Assembly (NCBI GenBank): GCA_035378685.1
Contig: DAOSUL010000004.1
Location: 3,562-67,561, forward strand
Origin: Clostridiales bacterium
Lineage (GTDB): Bacteria > Bacillota > Clostridia > Acetivibrionales > DTU013
Direction of reading: 5' to 3'
Length of the DNA: 64,000 nucleotides
Part shown: positions 45,234 to 54,315 of the stretch, one piece after another
Layout of the letters: every line of letters starts with the position of its first letter
Position numbering within the stretch: the first letter of the stretch is position 1
Notes under the pieces: generated by a model
Told to the model about the DNA's origin: nothing
Databases searched by the model: none
Seen by the model: only the letters and a program-made list of their open reading frames with translations
Position numbers and translations under genes: made by a program

Positions 45234-46790
45234 GTGAAGAAATCATTCGCAAGCGGTGCCGTCATCCTTACACTTGCTGGTCTGGCGGCCAGGATGCTCG
45301 GATTCGTGTACAGGGTATACCTGTCAAATCTCATAGGCGCGGAAGGGATGGGCCTTTATGAGCTCGTCATACCGGTCTACACCGCAATAGTGCTGACCAT
45401 AACCTCCGGTATCACCATCGCGGTATCGAAAATGGTCGCCGAGAAGAATGCCAGGTCGGACACAGCCGGTTCAGGCAGGGTGACGGTCTGCGCCATCTGG
45501 CTTTCGGCCGCTGCCGGGATGCTGGTTTCCGTCGTGATTGCGATGAATGCCGACAACTTTGCAGTAAAAATACTGGGCGACGATAGGACGTCCGGCGTCC
45601 TGACGGTGCTGGCTCCATGCCTGCCCGGCGTCGTTGCCGCATCAGCGCTGAAGGGATATTTCTACGGGATGCAGCGGGTCGTGCCCACTGCTGTTTCACA
45701 GATAGCCGAGCAGGCCGTAAAGTTCCTGATACTGGTGCTGGCTGCCGGGGCGATCATTGAGAATGGAGCCGGATACGCCTGCACCATAGCGGTCTTTGCA
45801 ACCGCTGCGGGTGAGATACTCAACATGCTCATCCTTCTGGGAGTGTTCAGGATGCGAAGACGCAAGGAAGGGGGACGGTCCTCCTTCCCGTCCCCGCGTT
45901 TTGCGATCATGAAAGCACTGCTTAAAGTGGCTGTGCCCATATCCGCCAACAGGCTGATCATTTCGTCACTGGCGGCGGCCGAATATATCCTGATACCGGT
46001 CATGCTGGCATACGGCGGCATGGATGAAAAAAGCAGCATGGAGGTCTTTGGCCGGCTCACGGGCATGGCGCTGCCGCTGGTGATGTTCCCGTCCATAGTG
46101 ACTAACTCCATCGCCACCACGCTTGTCCCTGCGCTGTCGGAGTCCGCTGCCCTGAAGAGGTACACGGCGCTTAACCGCCAGATATCGAAGTCGATACAGG
46201 TCACATTTGTTCTGGGTATTGTTTTTACATCACTGCTGATATGCTTTCCGGATGAGATCGGCTCACTGGTCTACAGCCAGGAAAAGATAGGCGACCTGCT
46301 GTTCATGCTGTCCTTCAGCTGTGTTTTCATATACCTGCAGCAGACGCTGACCGGCGTCCTCAACGGTCTGGGGAAGCAGGGCATCCTGCTGAGGAACACG
46401 GTTATCGGTTCAGTTATCAGGATAGCCGTCATCTGCATCCTCATGCCCGTATTCGGGATCAGGTCGTACATCATAGGCTTTACTGCAAGCCTCCTGCTCA
46501 CGGAATGCCTTGATCTTATCGAGATCAACAGAATGACCGGCCTTGTAATCGATCTGCGGGAGTGGCTCGTGAAACCCGGCCTGGCAGGCATCCTCATGAT
46601 TGCCGCCGGCAGATATATCTATCACTTTTTCGCAATGTTCCGGTTGGATGAAAGGTTAACGACGCTGCTTTCCGTAGCCTTGAACGTTATGTTCGCAGGC
46701 GTTCTTCTGGTGATGGCGGGAGTGCTCGATATCCGGGAAGTTTTAAGCATGGCCGGAATTAACGTGAAAAAGAAAACAGGCAAAAAATGA
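45234..46790 (+). CDS. spoVB: MOP-superfamily flippase, SpoVB-like
   Basis: GAVILTLAGLAARMLGFVYRVYLSNLIGAEGMGLYELVIPVY is collinear with the SpoVB N-terminus. About 14 TM helices. GTG at 45234 follows GAGGTGAGG; alternative ATG starts at 45186 and 45204. Confidence 0.75.
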   Translation: MKKSFASGAVILTLAGLAARMLGFVYRVYLSNLIGAEGMGLYELVIPVYTAIVLTITSGITIAVSKMVAEKNARSDTAGSGRVTVCAIWLSAAAGMLVSVVIAMNADNFAVKILGDDRTSGVLTVLAPCLPGVVAASALKGYFYGMQRVVPTAVSQIAEQAVKFLILVLAAGAIIENGAGYACTIAVFATAAGEILNMLILLGVFRMRRRKEGGRSSFPSPRFAIMKALLKVAVPISANRLIISSLAAAEYILIPVMLAYGGMDEKSSMEVFGRLTGMALPLVMFPSIVTNSIATTLVPALSESAALKRYTALNRQISKSIQVTFVLGIVFTSLLICFPDEIGSLVYSQEKIGDLLFMLSFSCVFIYLQQTLTGVLNGLGKQGILLRNTVIGSVIRIAVICILMPVFGIRSYIIGFTASLLLTECLDLIEINRMTGLVIDLREWLVKPGLAGILMIAAGRYIYHFFAMFRLDERLTTLLSVALNVMFAGVLLVMAGVLDIREVLSMAGINVKKKTGKK

Positions 46791-46847
46791 AGAACGAGTG
46801 TGAAACAGTTAGCTATTTTAAGATATGAAGGTTTTTCCATGGCAAAA

Positions 46848-46864
46848 GATCAAAGAAAGTCAAA
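46848..46864 (+). promoter_or_regulatory. CtsR operator-like direct repeat (one mismatch)
   Basis: GATCAAAGAAAGTCAAA compared with the consensus (A/G)GTCAAANAN(A/G)GTCAAA. Confidence 0.6.
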
Positions 46865-46871
46865 ATCAAAT

Positions 46872-46900
46872 TTGCATTTAATGCATAAAAGGGGTACAAT
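46872..46900 (+). promoter_or_regulatory. sigma-A-type promoter bracketed by the CtsR boxes
   Basis: TTGCAT (46872-46877), 17-nt spacer, TACAAT (46895-46900). Confidence 0.6.
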
Positions 46901-46913
46901 AAAATCGAAATAA

Positions 46914-46930
46914 GGTCAAAGAAAGTCAAA
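46914..46930 (+). promoter_or_regulatory. CtsR operator, perfect consensus match
   Basis: GGTCAAAGAAAGTCAAA. Confidence 0.7.
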
Positions 46931-47186
46931 GACAAAACAACGGTGTTTGAGCAGACCTGGACGCTCACAGGAACGACATCAGGAAAGGTCTCAAGCAAAA
47001 CTGTATGGCCTACATAAGACAGGGCGGTGATGAAAAATGCAACGTCGGACGCAGAAGCAGCATACAGGACAGTAAGCGTCACTTTATGTAAACGATTCAT
47101 AAAATGGACTGAGCAGAAACGACGGGCTGTCAGCAAGTAAACCATATCAGCCAAGTCGAATAAGCAAAATTTCCGGAGGTGGTTAT

Positions 47187-47633
47187 ATGTTCGGACTGGT
47201 ACCGTTCAACAGGAGAAACAGCTTATCGTCAAGAAAGGACTTCTTCAGCATCGACAACTTCTTTGACAACTTCTTCAATGATGCATTCGCAGGATTCTTC
47301 ACGACAGTTAACCCGATAAGGGCCGACATCAGGGAGACCGACAAGGAATACATCATCGAGGCCGACCTGCCGGGTGTGAGGAAGGAAGACATCAGGCTGG
47401 AGCTTGAGGATGGCATCCTCACGCTCGGAGTGGAGCAAAACGAGCAGATCGACGAGGAAAGCGAGAACTACATCCGCAGGGAGAGAAGGTACGGTTCTTA
47501 CTGCAGGAGCTTCAGGGTAGACGGGGTAAAGGAGGACAAGGTGACCGCAAAATACGAGAACGGCGTGCTTACCGTGAAACTCCCGAAGACCGGGGTTTCG
47601 AAGCCGAAGACCCACAGGATCGACATCAACTGA
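47187..47633 (+). CDS. hsp20: Hsp20/alpha-crystallin small heat-shock protein
   Basis: Alpha-crystallin core: RADIRETDKEYIIEADLPGVRKEDIRLELEDGILTL...ENGVLTVKLPK. RBS is GGAGGTGG. Confidence 0.93.
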   Translation: MFGLVPFNRRNSLSSRKDFFSIDNFFDNFFNDAFAGFFTTVNPIRADIRETDKEYIIEADLPGVRKEDIRLELEDGILTLGVEQNEQIDEESENYIRRERRYGSYCRSFRVDGVKEDKVTAKYENGVLTVKLPKTGVSKPKTHRIDIN

Positions 47634-47993
47634 CCGGCAGCTTTGACTGTCATCGATCCCCGGCTTCAACCGAAGGATCGGCTGCGGTCTGTGGCCAGGC
47701 TGCAGCCGCCGGACCAGCCGGCGGGCAAGCAGACCGCAGGCCGGCAACTGCAGGCTGAAAGGCGCAGGCTCACAGGCGCAAACTGAAAATTGCAGGTCAA
47801 AGGCTATGAGTCTAAACCCTGAAGCCCTAAACCTGGAGCCTGATACTTAGAGCCGCATGCTGCAGGACGGATAAACTGAGCCGGCCGGATCTGCCGGCCG
47901 GCTGAAATGTCATCCATTACATCTCATGAGAAGCAAACTTCAGAAAATGAACAACTAACTATTAAAATAGAAAGCCGGTATATGCTATCCCCC

Positions 47994-49439
47994 TCATATG
48001 CCGGCTGTTTTTTCGGCTTTTTCCTTACTCCTGTTCATTACCCTGACGATAACGAGAATTATCGCGATGCTTACCCAGAACAACTGCATTATCCTCGTAA
48101 AAAACCACACATGGTCAGCCAGGCCCATCGCAAGAAGACCCGCAATGCCTGACAGGGCGGCGAACATTACGTTGTTCAGCGCCGGATCCTTTTTACTTAT
48201 CATAGCCTCGAACGTATTGCGCACCATCCTGAACATCATCAGCAGGAAAGTCAGGATCGCGGCAAGACCGGCCTCCAGCCAGAGCTGCAGGTACAGCACG
48301 TGGGTGTGGGCGGCCTTGGTGAGGCCAAATATCTTGTACCTTTCGAAAATCGTAGAAACTACGCCGGGGCCGAGTCCGACACCAGTCAGCCAGTAGTCCT
48401 TCAGCATCGGGATCGCCGAAGTCAGTATCTTTCCCCTGTAGTCCGTGGACTGATCGCCGCGGAATATGGTCATTATCCTGTTGTATATAGGTGCCGGGAG
48501 CAGCTGCAGGGCTATGAGGCCCAGGACGATTATCACCGGTATGAATTTTATATTCCAGAAGAATACGAATACCACTGCGGCACCAGCCAGGGCGACCCAT
48601 GCGCCCCTGGAGCCTGTCTTGAACAGCACGAGGAGTACCGGTGCCAGCATGGCCAGCCACGCAGCCTTTTTCAGCAGCTTCTTTTCATTCAGTATTATCG
48701 CGGCGAAAAACGGTATCGTGAGCACCAGGAGTTCGCCGTAGACATTAGCGTTGCCCATAGTTGAATAGACCCTGCCGCCCAGGTCCGGATTCAGCGTAAG
48801 GTCGGTTGTCGACGGATCCACGGCTATGCCGACGACTTTCCACTGGTATATGCCGTAAAGCGCTGTCAGGAAAGTACCGAATGCAATGAACTTAACAAGC
48901 TGGTATACTTTCTCGGCTGAATCGACGGCGCTGACGATCACTGCAAGCAGCACGAACGCGACGATATAGTGGACGAGATACTTAAGGCTGTCCGCAGGGA
49001 AAAGAGATGTAGCGGCAGCCACCGCCAGGCTTGTGAAAAACAGCCATATCGAATAGTCGATGGCGGGGGTGTCGATGACGCTTTCCCGGTTTTTCATGAG
49101 CCTGATGAGCAGAAGCGCCGCAAGGCCGATTGCCAGGACGACGCTGTAGCTGTTGCGCCAGATGTGGTGCGGAACGATCATGAACAGTACCAGGGCCAGC
49201 CCGATGACCATGTGCATGTTGTCAGCCAGGAACCCCAGCAGCCTGAAAACCAGGCTGTTTTCAAACACGCTTTGCCACCTGTTGTAGGCGGCTTTCAGCA
49301 GTTTTCCCGGGAAATTTGCGACAAGGTGGATGAAACGGAGGACAGGACTTTCAGCCCAGCTTTGCTGGGATTTGTCGGGTCCTCTGAAATATGAAACGAC
49401 CATGCTGCTTTCTATTGTATTTTTTATGAAATCCTTCAT
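47994..49439 (-). CDS. O-antigen ligase/polymerase family membrane protein (Wzy_C-like)
   Basis: About 12 TM helices with a loop KTGSRGAWVALAG. ATG at 49439 lies 9 nt after GAGG; the ORF track start is a TTG at 49454. Confidence 0.8.
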   Translation of the reverse strand: MKDFIKNTIESSMVVSYFRGPDKSQQSWAESPVLRFIHLVANFPGKLLKAAYNRWQSVFENSLVFRLLGFLADNMHMVIGLALVLFMIVPHHIWRNSYSVVLAIGLAALLLIRLMKNRESVIDTPAIDYSIWLFFTSLAVAAATSLFPADSLKYLVHYIVAFVLLAVIVSAVDSAEKVYQLVKFIAFGTFLTALYGIYQWKVVGIAVDPSTTDLTLNPDLGGRVYSTMGNANVYGELLVLTIPFFAAIILNEKKLLKKAAWLAMLAPVLLVLFKTGSRGAWVALAGAAVVFVFFWNIKFIPVIIVLGLIALQLLPAPIYNRIMTIFRGDQSTDYRGKILTSAIPMLKDYWLTGVGLGPGVVSTIFERYKIFGLTKAAHTHVLYLQLWLEAGLAAILTFLLMMFRMVRNTFEAMISKKDPALNNVMFAALSGIAGLLAMGLADHVWFFTRIMQLFWVSIAIILVIVRVMNRSKEKAEKTAGI

Positions 49440-49556
49440 TGCGATCATCCTCAATCAACAGCCTGACCGGCGGCCCAACCGGCTGTCCGGCCGGGATCTA
49501 TGCAGCGGACGCCCAACCGGGATACTCCCGGCCGGCGTTCTTCGGACAGTCTCATC

Positions 49557-50042
49557 TCAGTCGGCGGCCTTTTCTATGCCGGATATCCTGCCGTCCTTGA
49601 GGTAGCTGTTGCCTGCATAAAGTGAAATGGTCTGTCCAACGTAATACACCGACTTGTCGATTGAAACGCCGTTATCGGTGATGTTGCCGTACGCCTCCAT
49701 GGTCAGCTTGAGCGAAGAGTAGCCTTCCCTCGGCGAGGCTACGAATTCCCCGCTGTCCTTGTTTGCCCAGAAGACGGACTCGCCGCGTTCTATGGCTGTT
49801 ACCTTCCCGAAACTTGAATTCTGGATCTGCTCCCTTACCGGGTCGCCGATCTTAATGGCATCGATGGTGCAGTCAGGCGTGTTCTCCATGTAGTATGTGA
49901 TGATTATCTTCTCTTTGGCCGCTGCAGGCGCACCAACTTTGGCCTTCGCGAATTTTCCGGACATCCCTGCGATGCCGATCGCCGCTATCGCGATTATTGC
50001 TATCGTTATCCAGAAGGATCTTTTTTTCAGCATAGTATACAT
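49557..50042 (-). CDS. DUF4330 domain protein (paralog 2)
   Basis: N-terminal TM helix, then IKIGDPV...FGKV...G...YYVGQ. Paralogous to the upstream gene. Confidence 0.75.
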   Translation of the reverse strand: MYTMLKKRSFWITIAIIAIAAIGIAGMSGKFAKAKVGAPAAAKEKIIITYYMENTPDCTIDAIKIGDPVREQIQNSSFGKVTAIERGESVFWANKDSGEFVASPREGYSSLKLTMEAYGNITDNGVSIDKSVYYVGQTISLYAGNSYLKDGRISGIEKAAD

Positions 50043-50051
50043 CCCACCTTA

Positions 50052-50540
50052 TCAGTTGATTTGCTCAGCGCTTTCTATCCGCGCGTAAAAAGCCGATTTG
50101 CCGACCCGGACCACATAGAACTGGCCGACATAGTATTTCGAGCCTCCTATGGTAATTCCGGAAGGTCCGACCTTACCCGGTGCCTCCATTACCAGTCTGA
50201 CCGAGACATATCCGTCACGTTCCGTCCTGACCTGCCTGCCTTCCTGGTCCGCGCCCCAGTTGATCGGGTCGCCGATCTCGATATCCACCAGTTTGCCCAG
50301 GCTGGTGTTCTGGAACGACTCCGTGACGGGATCGCCTATTTTAACGTTCTGTGCAGTGAATGCGTTGACTTCCTCCTGGAACATCGTCAGCAGCATCTTT
50401 TCTTCCGGAGCCGCTGTCTTTTCAGGTGAGAACACCCCTGTACTGTACAGGACGAACAGGGCTGCAGCCAGCAGCAACACGAGGAAAGAAAGGTCTATGA
50501 TGTTTATCCTGCCGAATAGTTTCCCGTTTTTATCTATCAT
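50052..50540 (-). CDS. DUF4330 domain protein (paralog 1)
   Basis: MIDKNGKLFGRINIIDLSFLVLLLAA is a typical DUF4330 N-terminus. Overlaps the upstream glycosyltransferase by 11 nt. Confidence 0.8.
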   Translation of the reverse strand: MIDKNGKLFGRINIIDLSFLVLLLAAALFVLYSTGVFSPEKTAAPEEKMLLTMFQEEVNAFTAQNVKIGDPVTESFQNTSLGKLVDIEIGDPINWGADQEGRQVRTERDGYVSVRLVMEAPGKVGPSGITIGGSKYYVGQFYVVRVGKSAFYARIESAEQIN

Positions 50541-51663
50541 CCTTTTCTCCCTTCCTGCTCAGTTCATAAAGATTATATGTCTCGGCGGCGGTTTTATCAA
50601 GGCTGAACCGCTCTCTGACCACCTTAAGCCCGTTGTCCGCATACTTTCTTCTCAGGTGGATGTCGTTTATCAGCAGGGCGATACCTTCCGCATAGCCCTG
50701 CACATCTCCGTATCTGACAAGGATGCCGTTTTGTCCGTTGCCATCCACGATCTCTGCGGTACCGCCGCTGTCGGTCGTTATCACCGGCAGCCCGGCGGCC
50801 ATCGCTTCGAGGATGGCTATGCCGAGAGCTTCGTTTTGCGAATGCGCTATGAAAATATCTGAATCCTTCAGCAGTTCCCTGACGTTTTCCACGTAACCCG
50901 GGAAAATGATGTCATCCTGGAGCCCGCGGGCCTTTGCTTTTTCAATGATGGCCCCATGCAGCGGACCGCTGCCGGCGAGCACGAACCTGTACTTTTTCCC
51001 CGCCAGGCCGAGGACGCTCCTGTTATCTTTCATGTACCCGATAACGTCGATGATGAAATCGTGGCCCTTTTCCGGGGAAAACCTTGAAACTGAGGTTATC
51101 AGCATGTCCTCCTCAGGTATCCCGGCCTCCTTCCTGAAGGAAGAAGAAACTGAACAGTCCCACTCTGTGGTATCCACGCCGTTATATATCAGCGCTATCC
51201 TGTTTTTGCTTATGCCCTCCATGATAAGCCTTTCCATTACATGCAGGCTTACGGCGATAATGCGGCTGTTGAACATGGTGAAGAACCTGTTGGTCAGCAC
51301 GACCGGCCAGGAGTTTTCGAAAAGCATGTGCCTCGTGTTTATTATGCCGACGCGGTTTCCCGCTATCCTGGACATCACGCTGATGTAATTCTCCCTCAGG
51401 AAATGTGTGTGGATAACGTCGATCGAAAGCTGCCTGCAAAGTTTCTTAAGCTGCAGGGCGGCCTTTAAGTCGAAGGGGCTGTTCATCTTCAAAGGGATGA
51501 GATCGATGCCAAGCTCCTCGAACATGCTCCTTCCGGGCCCGTCTTCAGAGTATGCGATATAAAACCGACATGATTTGCCGTGCAGCTTTTTAGCAAGTGA
51601 AAATATGTATTTTTCTGATCCTCCGTTTCCGAGGTAATTCAGCAAATGCAAGACCTTCAGCAT
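50530..51663 (-). CDS. family 4 (GT-B) glycosyltransferase
   Basis: N-terminal GGSEKY and C-terminal EALGIAILEAMAAGLPVITTDSGG. Confidence 0.88.
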   Translation of the reverse strand: MLKVLHLLNYLGNGGSEKYIFSLAKKLHGKSCRFYIAYSEDGPGRSMFEELGIDLIPLKMNSPFDLKAALQLKKLCRQLSIDVIHTHFLRENYISVMSRIAGNRVGIINTRHMLFENSWPVVLTNRFFTMFNSRIIAVSLHVMERLIMEGISKNRIALIYNGVDTTEWDCSVSSSFRKEAGIPEEDMLITSVSRFSPEKGHDFIIDVIGYMKDNRSVLGLAGKKYRFVLAGSGPLHGAIIEKAKARGLQDDIIFPGYVENVRELLKDSDIFIAHSQNEALGIAILEAMAAGLPVITTDSGGTAEIVDGNGQNGILVRYGDVQGYAEGIALLINDIHLRRKYADNGLKVVRERFSLDKTAAETYNLYELSRKGEKDDR

Positions 51664-52152
51664 ATCAGCACCGCCCTGCCCGAGGACGATTTTATCCTCT
51701 GTAATTCATAAATATATTGTGCGTGTAAACTTGCATCAAAACTGCTTTATGACTGTGACATGACCCTTACAGTGGCAATAAGCTGCATATTGTGACAACA
51801 ACGTTCCCTGTAATAGCTGAATTATATTCTATCATATACATCCGGGTGCGTCGAGGGTATGAGACATTATTCACGGAAGAAGGCGCGGGACTGGCCGGAG
51901 GCGTGACTTAAGGATTTAAGCCGGACGACGCCGGATTGCCCCATATTATACGGCGTCGGACTGCCGCATATTATACGGCCGAACCAGTGCACCTGGTGCC
52001 AGTCAACCAACCATCCGGCAAAGTCCAAATAGCCTTATCAAGGATGTCTTGTCCTGAATTTCAGACAGCCGGGATCGATTTGGAACTTTTAAGTCATTTA
52101 TCCAATCTAATGTATTAGACAGATAGAAAAATACAAAAAGGAGGAAACAAAA

Positions 52153-53823
52153 ATGAAAAAGAGAGGGAAGGCTTTACTGGCGACATTGCTTTGCGCAGCC
52201 ATGACGCTGACAATGGCTGCATGCGGCAAGAAAATGGAGTATAAAAGCCAGGCGGATGCCAACGGCGCTTCATACTCACCTTCAGTCACGGGCTCGTCCG
52301 CTTACAGTACATCAGTGACGGGAGCCGTGGCGATGGCTGAAATGTACGACGGCGGCGTGATGCCCGACGGACCCGACGGAGAAGTCCTTTCGGAAGAGCA
52401 GAGCGACAGGGTTTACAACACAGAAGAGTACAAGTTTGTAGAAGAAAACCGCATGATGAAAGCAAGCATTTCACCGCTGTCCACCTTCTCCATCGATGTC
52501 GACACGGCTTCATACAGCAACGTTAGACGATTCCTCGGCAACGGGATGAGACCGCCTGGAGATGCAGTCAGGATCGAGGAACTGGTCAACTACTTCTCGT
52601 ATGACCTCCCTGAGCCGGACGGCGACGTGCCGTTCTCGGTAACGACGGAACTTGCGCCGTGCCCATGGAACAAAGACAACTATCTTGCGATGATAGCGAT
52701 CCAGGGCAAAAAGGTGGAACACGGGGACCTGCCAAAATCCAACCTCGTATTCCTGCTGGACGTATCAGGCTCAATGGATCACCCGATGAAGCTGCCGCTG
52801 CTGAAATCCTCGTTCCAGCTCCTGGTGGAGCAGCTTGGCGAAAACGACAGGGTTTCCATCGTGGTGTATGCCGGCTCTTCAGGTGTTGTGCTTGAAGGGG
52901 CACGCGGCGATGAAAAAGAAAAGATACTGGCCGCCCTGGACAGCCTTGAGGCGGGAGGTTCCACCGCAGGCGCCGAAGGTATCGGACTTGCCTACGAGGT
53001 TGCTAAGAAATACTATATAAACGGCGGCAACAACCGTGTCATACTCGCCACCGACGGCGACTTCAACGTGGGCCCCAGCAGTGAGAGCGAACTTACGAGG
53101 CTCATCGAGAAAAAGAGAAAGGAAGGAATTTTCCTCAGCGTCCTGGGCTTTGGCTACGGAAACCTTAAGGACAACAAGATGGAAGCGCTGGCCGACAAGG
53201 GCAACGGCAACTACGCCTACATCGACAGCCTGATGGAGGCAAAGAAGGTGCTGGTCAATGAGATGGGCTCCACTCTCCTGACCATCGCAAAGGACGTCAA
53301 GATCCAGGTGGAGTTCAATCCCGCAAAGGTGAAGGAATACCGCCTGATCGGCTATGACAACAGGATCCTGCGCAACGAGGACTTCGACGACGATACGAAG
53401 GATGCGGGCGAAATAGGCGCCGGCCACAATGTTATAGCCTTCTACGAAATCGTCCCGTATAAAGAAGGAGAAGCCGCCGAACTCCCGCAGCTCAAATACC
53501 AGACAGCCGAGATGCGGCAGGAATGGATGGATGAGTGGATGGAGGTAAGGATCCGCTACAAGCAGCCGGATTCCGACACAAGCGAGAAAATCGTGCACAC
53601 CATCACAAACAGGCACTTTACTGAGAACCCGTCCGAAAATCTCAGGTTCGCGTCAGCCGTCGCGGAATTCGGACTTATACTGAAAAACTCGCAGTACAAG
53701 GGCAACGCGTCCCTGGACAGTGTGAAGAGACGTGCTGAAGCGGCGCTCGGCGATGATGCGGAAGGCTACAGGCGCAGCTTCCTGGAACTCGTGGATAAGG
53801 CGATGGAGATGGAGATATCGTGA
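52153..53823 (+). CDS. von Willebrand factor type A domain lipoprotein (YfbK-like)
   Basis: Signal/lipobox-like LTMAAC. STFSIDVDTASYSNVRRF. MIDAS motif DVSGSM...GGSTAG...TDGDFN. RBS is AAAGGAGGAA. Confidence 0.88.
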   Translation: MKKRGKALLATLLCAAMTLTMAACGKKMEYKSQADANGASYSPSVTGSSAYSTSVTGAVAMAEMYDGGVMPDGPDGEVLSEEQSDRVYNTEEYKFVEENRMMKASISPLSTFSIDVDTASYSNVRRFLGNGMRPPGDAVRIEELVNYFSYDLPEPDGDVPFSVTTELAPCPWNKDNYLAMIAIQGKKVEHGDLPKSNLVFLLDVSGSMDHPMKLPLLKSSFQLLVEQLGENDRVSIVVYAGSSGVVLEGARGDEKEKILAALDSLEAGGSTAGAEGIGLAYEVAKKYYINGGNNRVILATDGDFNVGPSSESELTRLIEKKRKEGIFLSVLGFGYGNLKDNKMEALADKGNGNYAYIDSLMEAKKVLVNEMGSTLLTIAKDVKIQVEFNPAKVKEYRLIGYDNRILRNEDFDDDTKDAGEIGAGHNVIAFYEIVPYKEGEAAELPQLKYQTAEMRQEWMDEWMEVRIRYKQPDSDTSEKIVHTITNRHFTENPSENLRFASAVAEFGLILKNSQYKGNASLDSVKRRAEAALGDDAEGYRRSFLELVDKAMEMEIS

Positions 53824-54083
53824 TGGGAGATATTGTGATATGGATCGATGCAGCACATGAGGCCGGGTAAGACATGATAAAGCCGGATCAGGCAGTTGAC
53901 GGCGGAGGAGAGCATCCGGCAAACTGCATCCGGAGAAAGCAGGCAGACAGGCGTGCGGTGCCGGAGAGGCGAACAACTGGCCGGCGTAAAGCACCGGACA
54001 GCGTGATAAAACGATATAAGAACGGTATACCGCATCCGGGGAAATAGCCGTAAAATAAGGAAACCAACTGGAGCGATGCCGGG

Positions 54084-54127
54084 AAAAAGTACCATGCGGT
54101 CCACGATATAACCGCCTGGTACTTTTT
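54084..54127. terminator. bidirectional intrinsic terminator
   Basis: AAAAAGTACCATGCGGT...ACCGCCTGGTACTTTTT. Confidence 0.7.
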
Positions 54128-54315
54128 ATTTGCCGTGTTAATGCGGATGGAATTGTGTGGCAAAGCCTCGCGTAACATCAGTGCAACTTCATGGAATGTC
54201 GGGGCAAAATCCCGTTTGGCACCGTTTCAGAAAGGAATTTTCCGCGAACACAAAATTCCTTTGCACAAGATGTTATAATAAACATATCGAAGATGATCCA
54301 GAGGTATAGTGAAGT

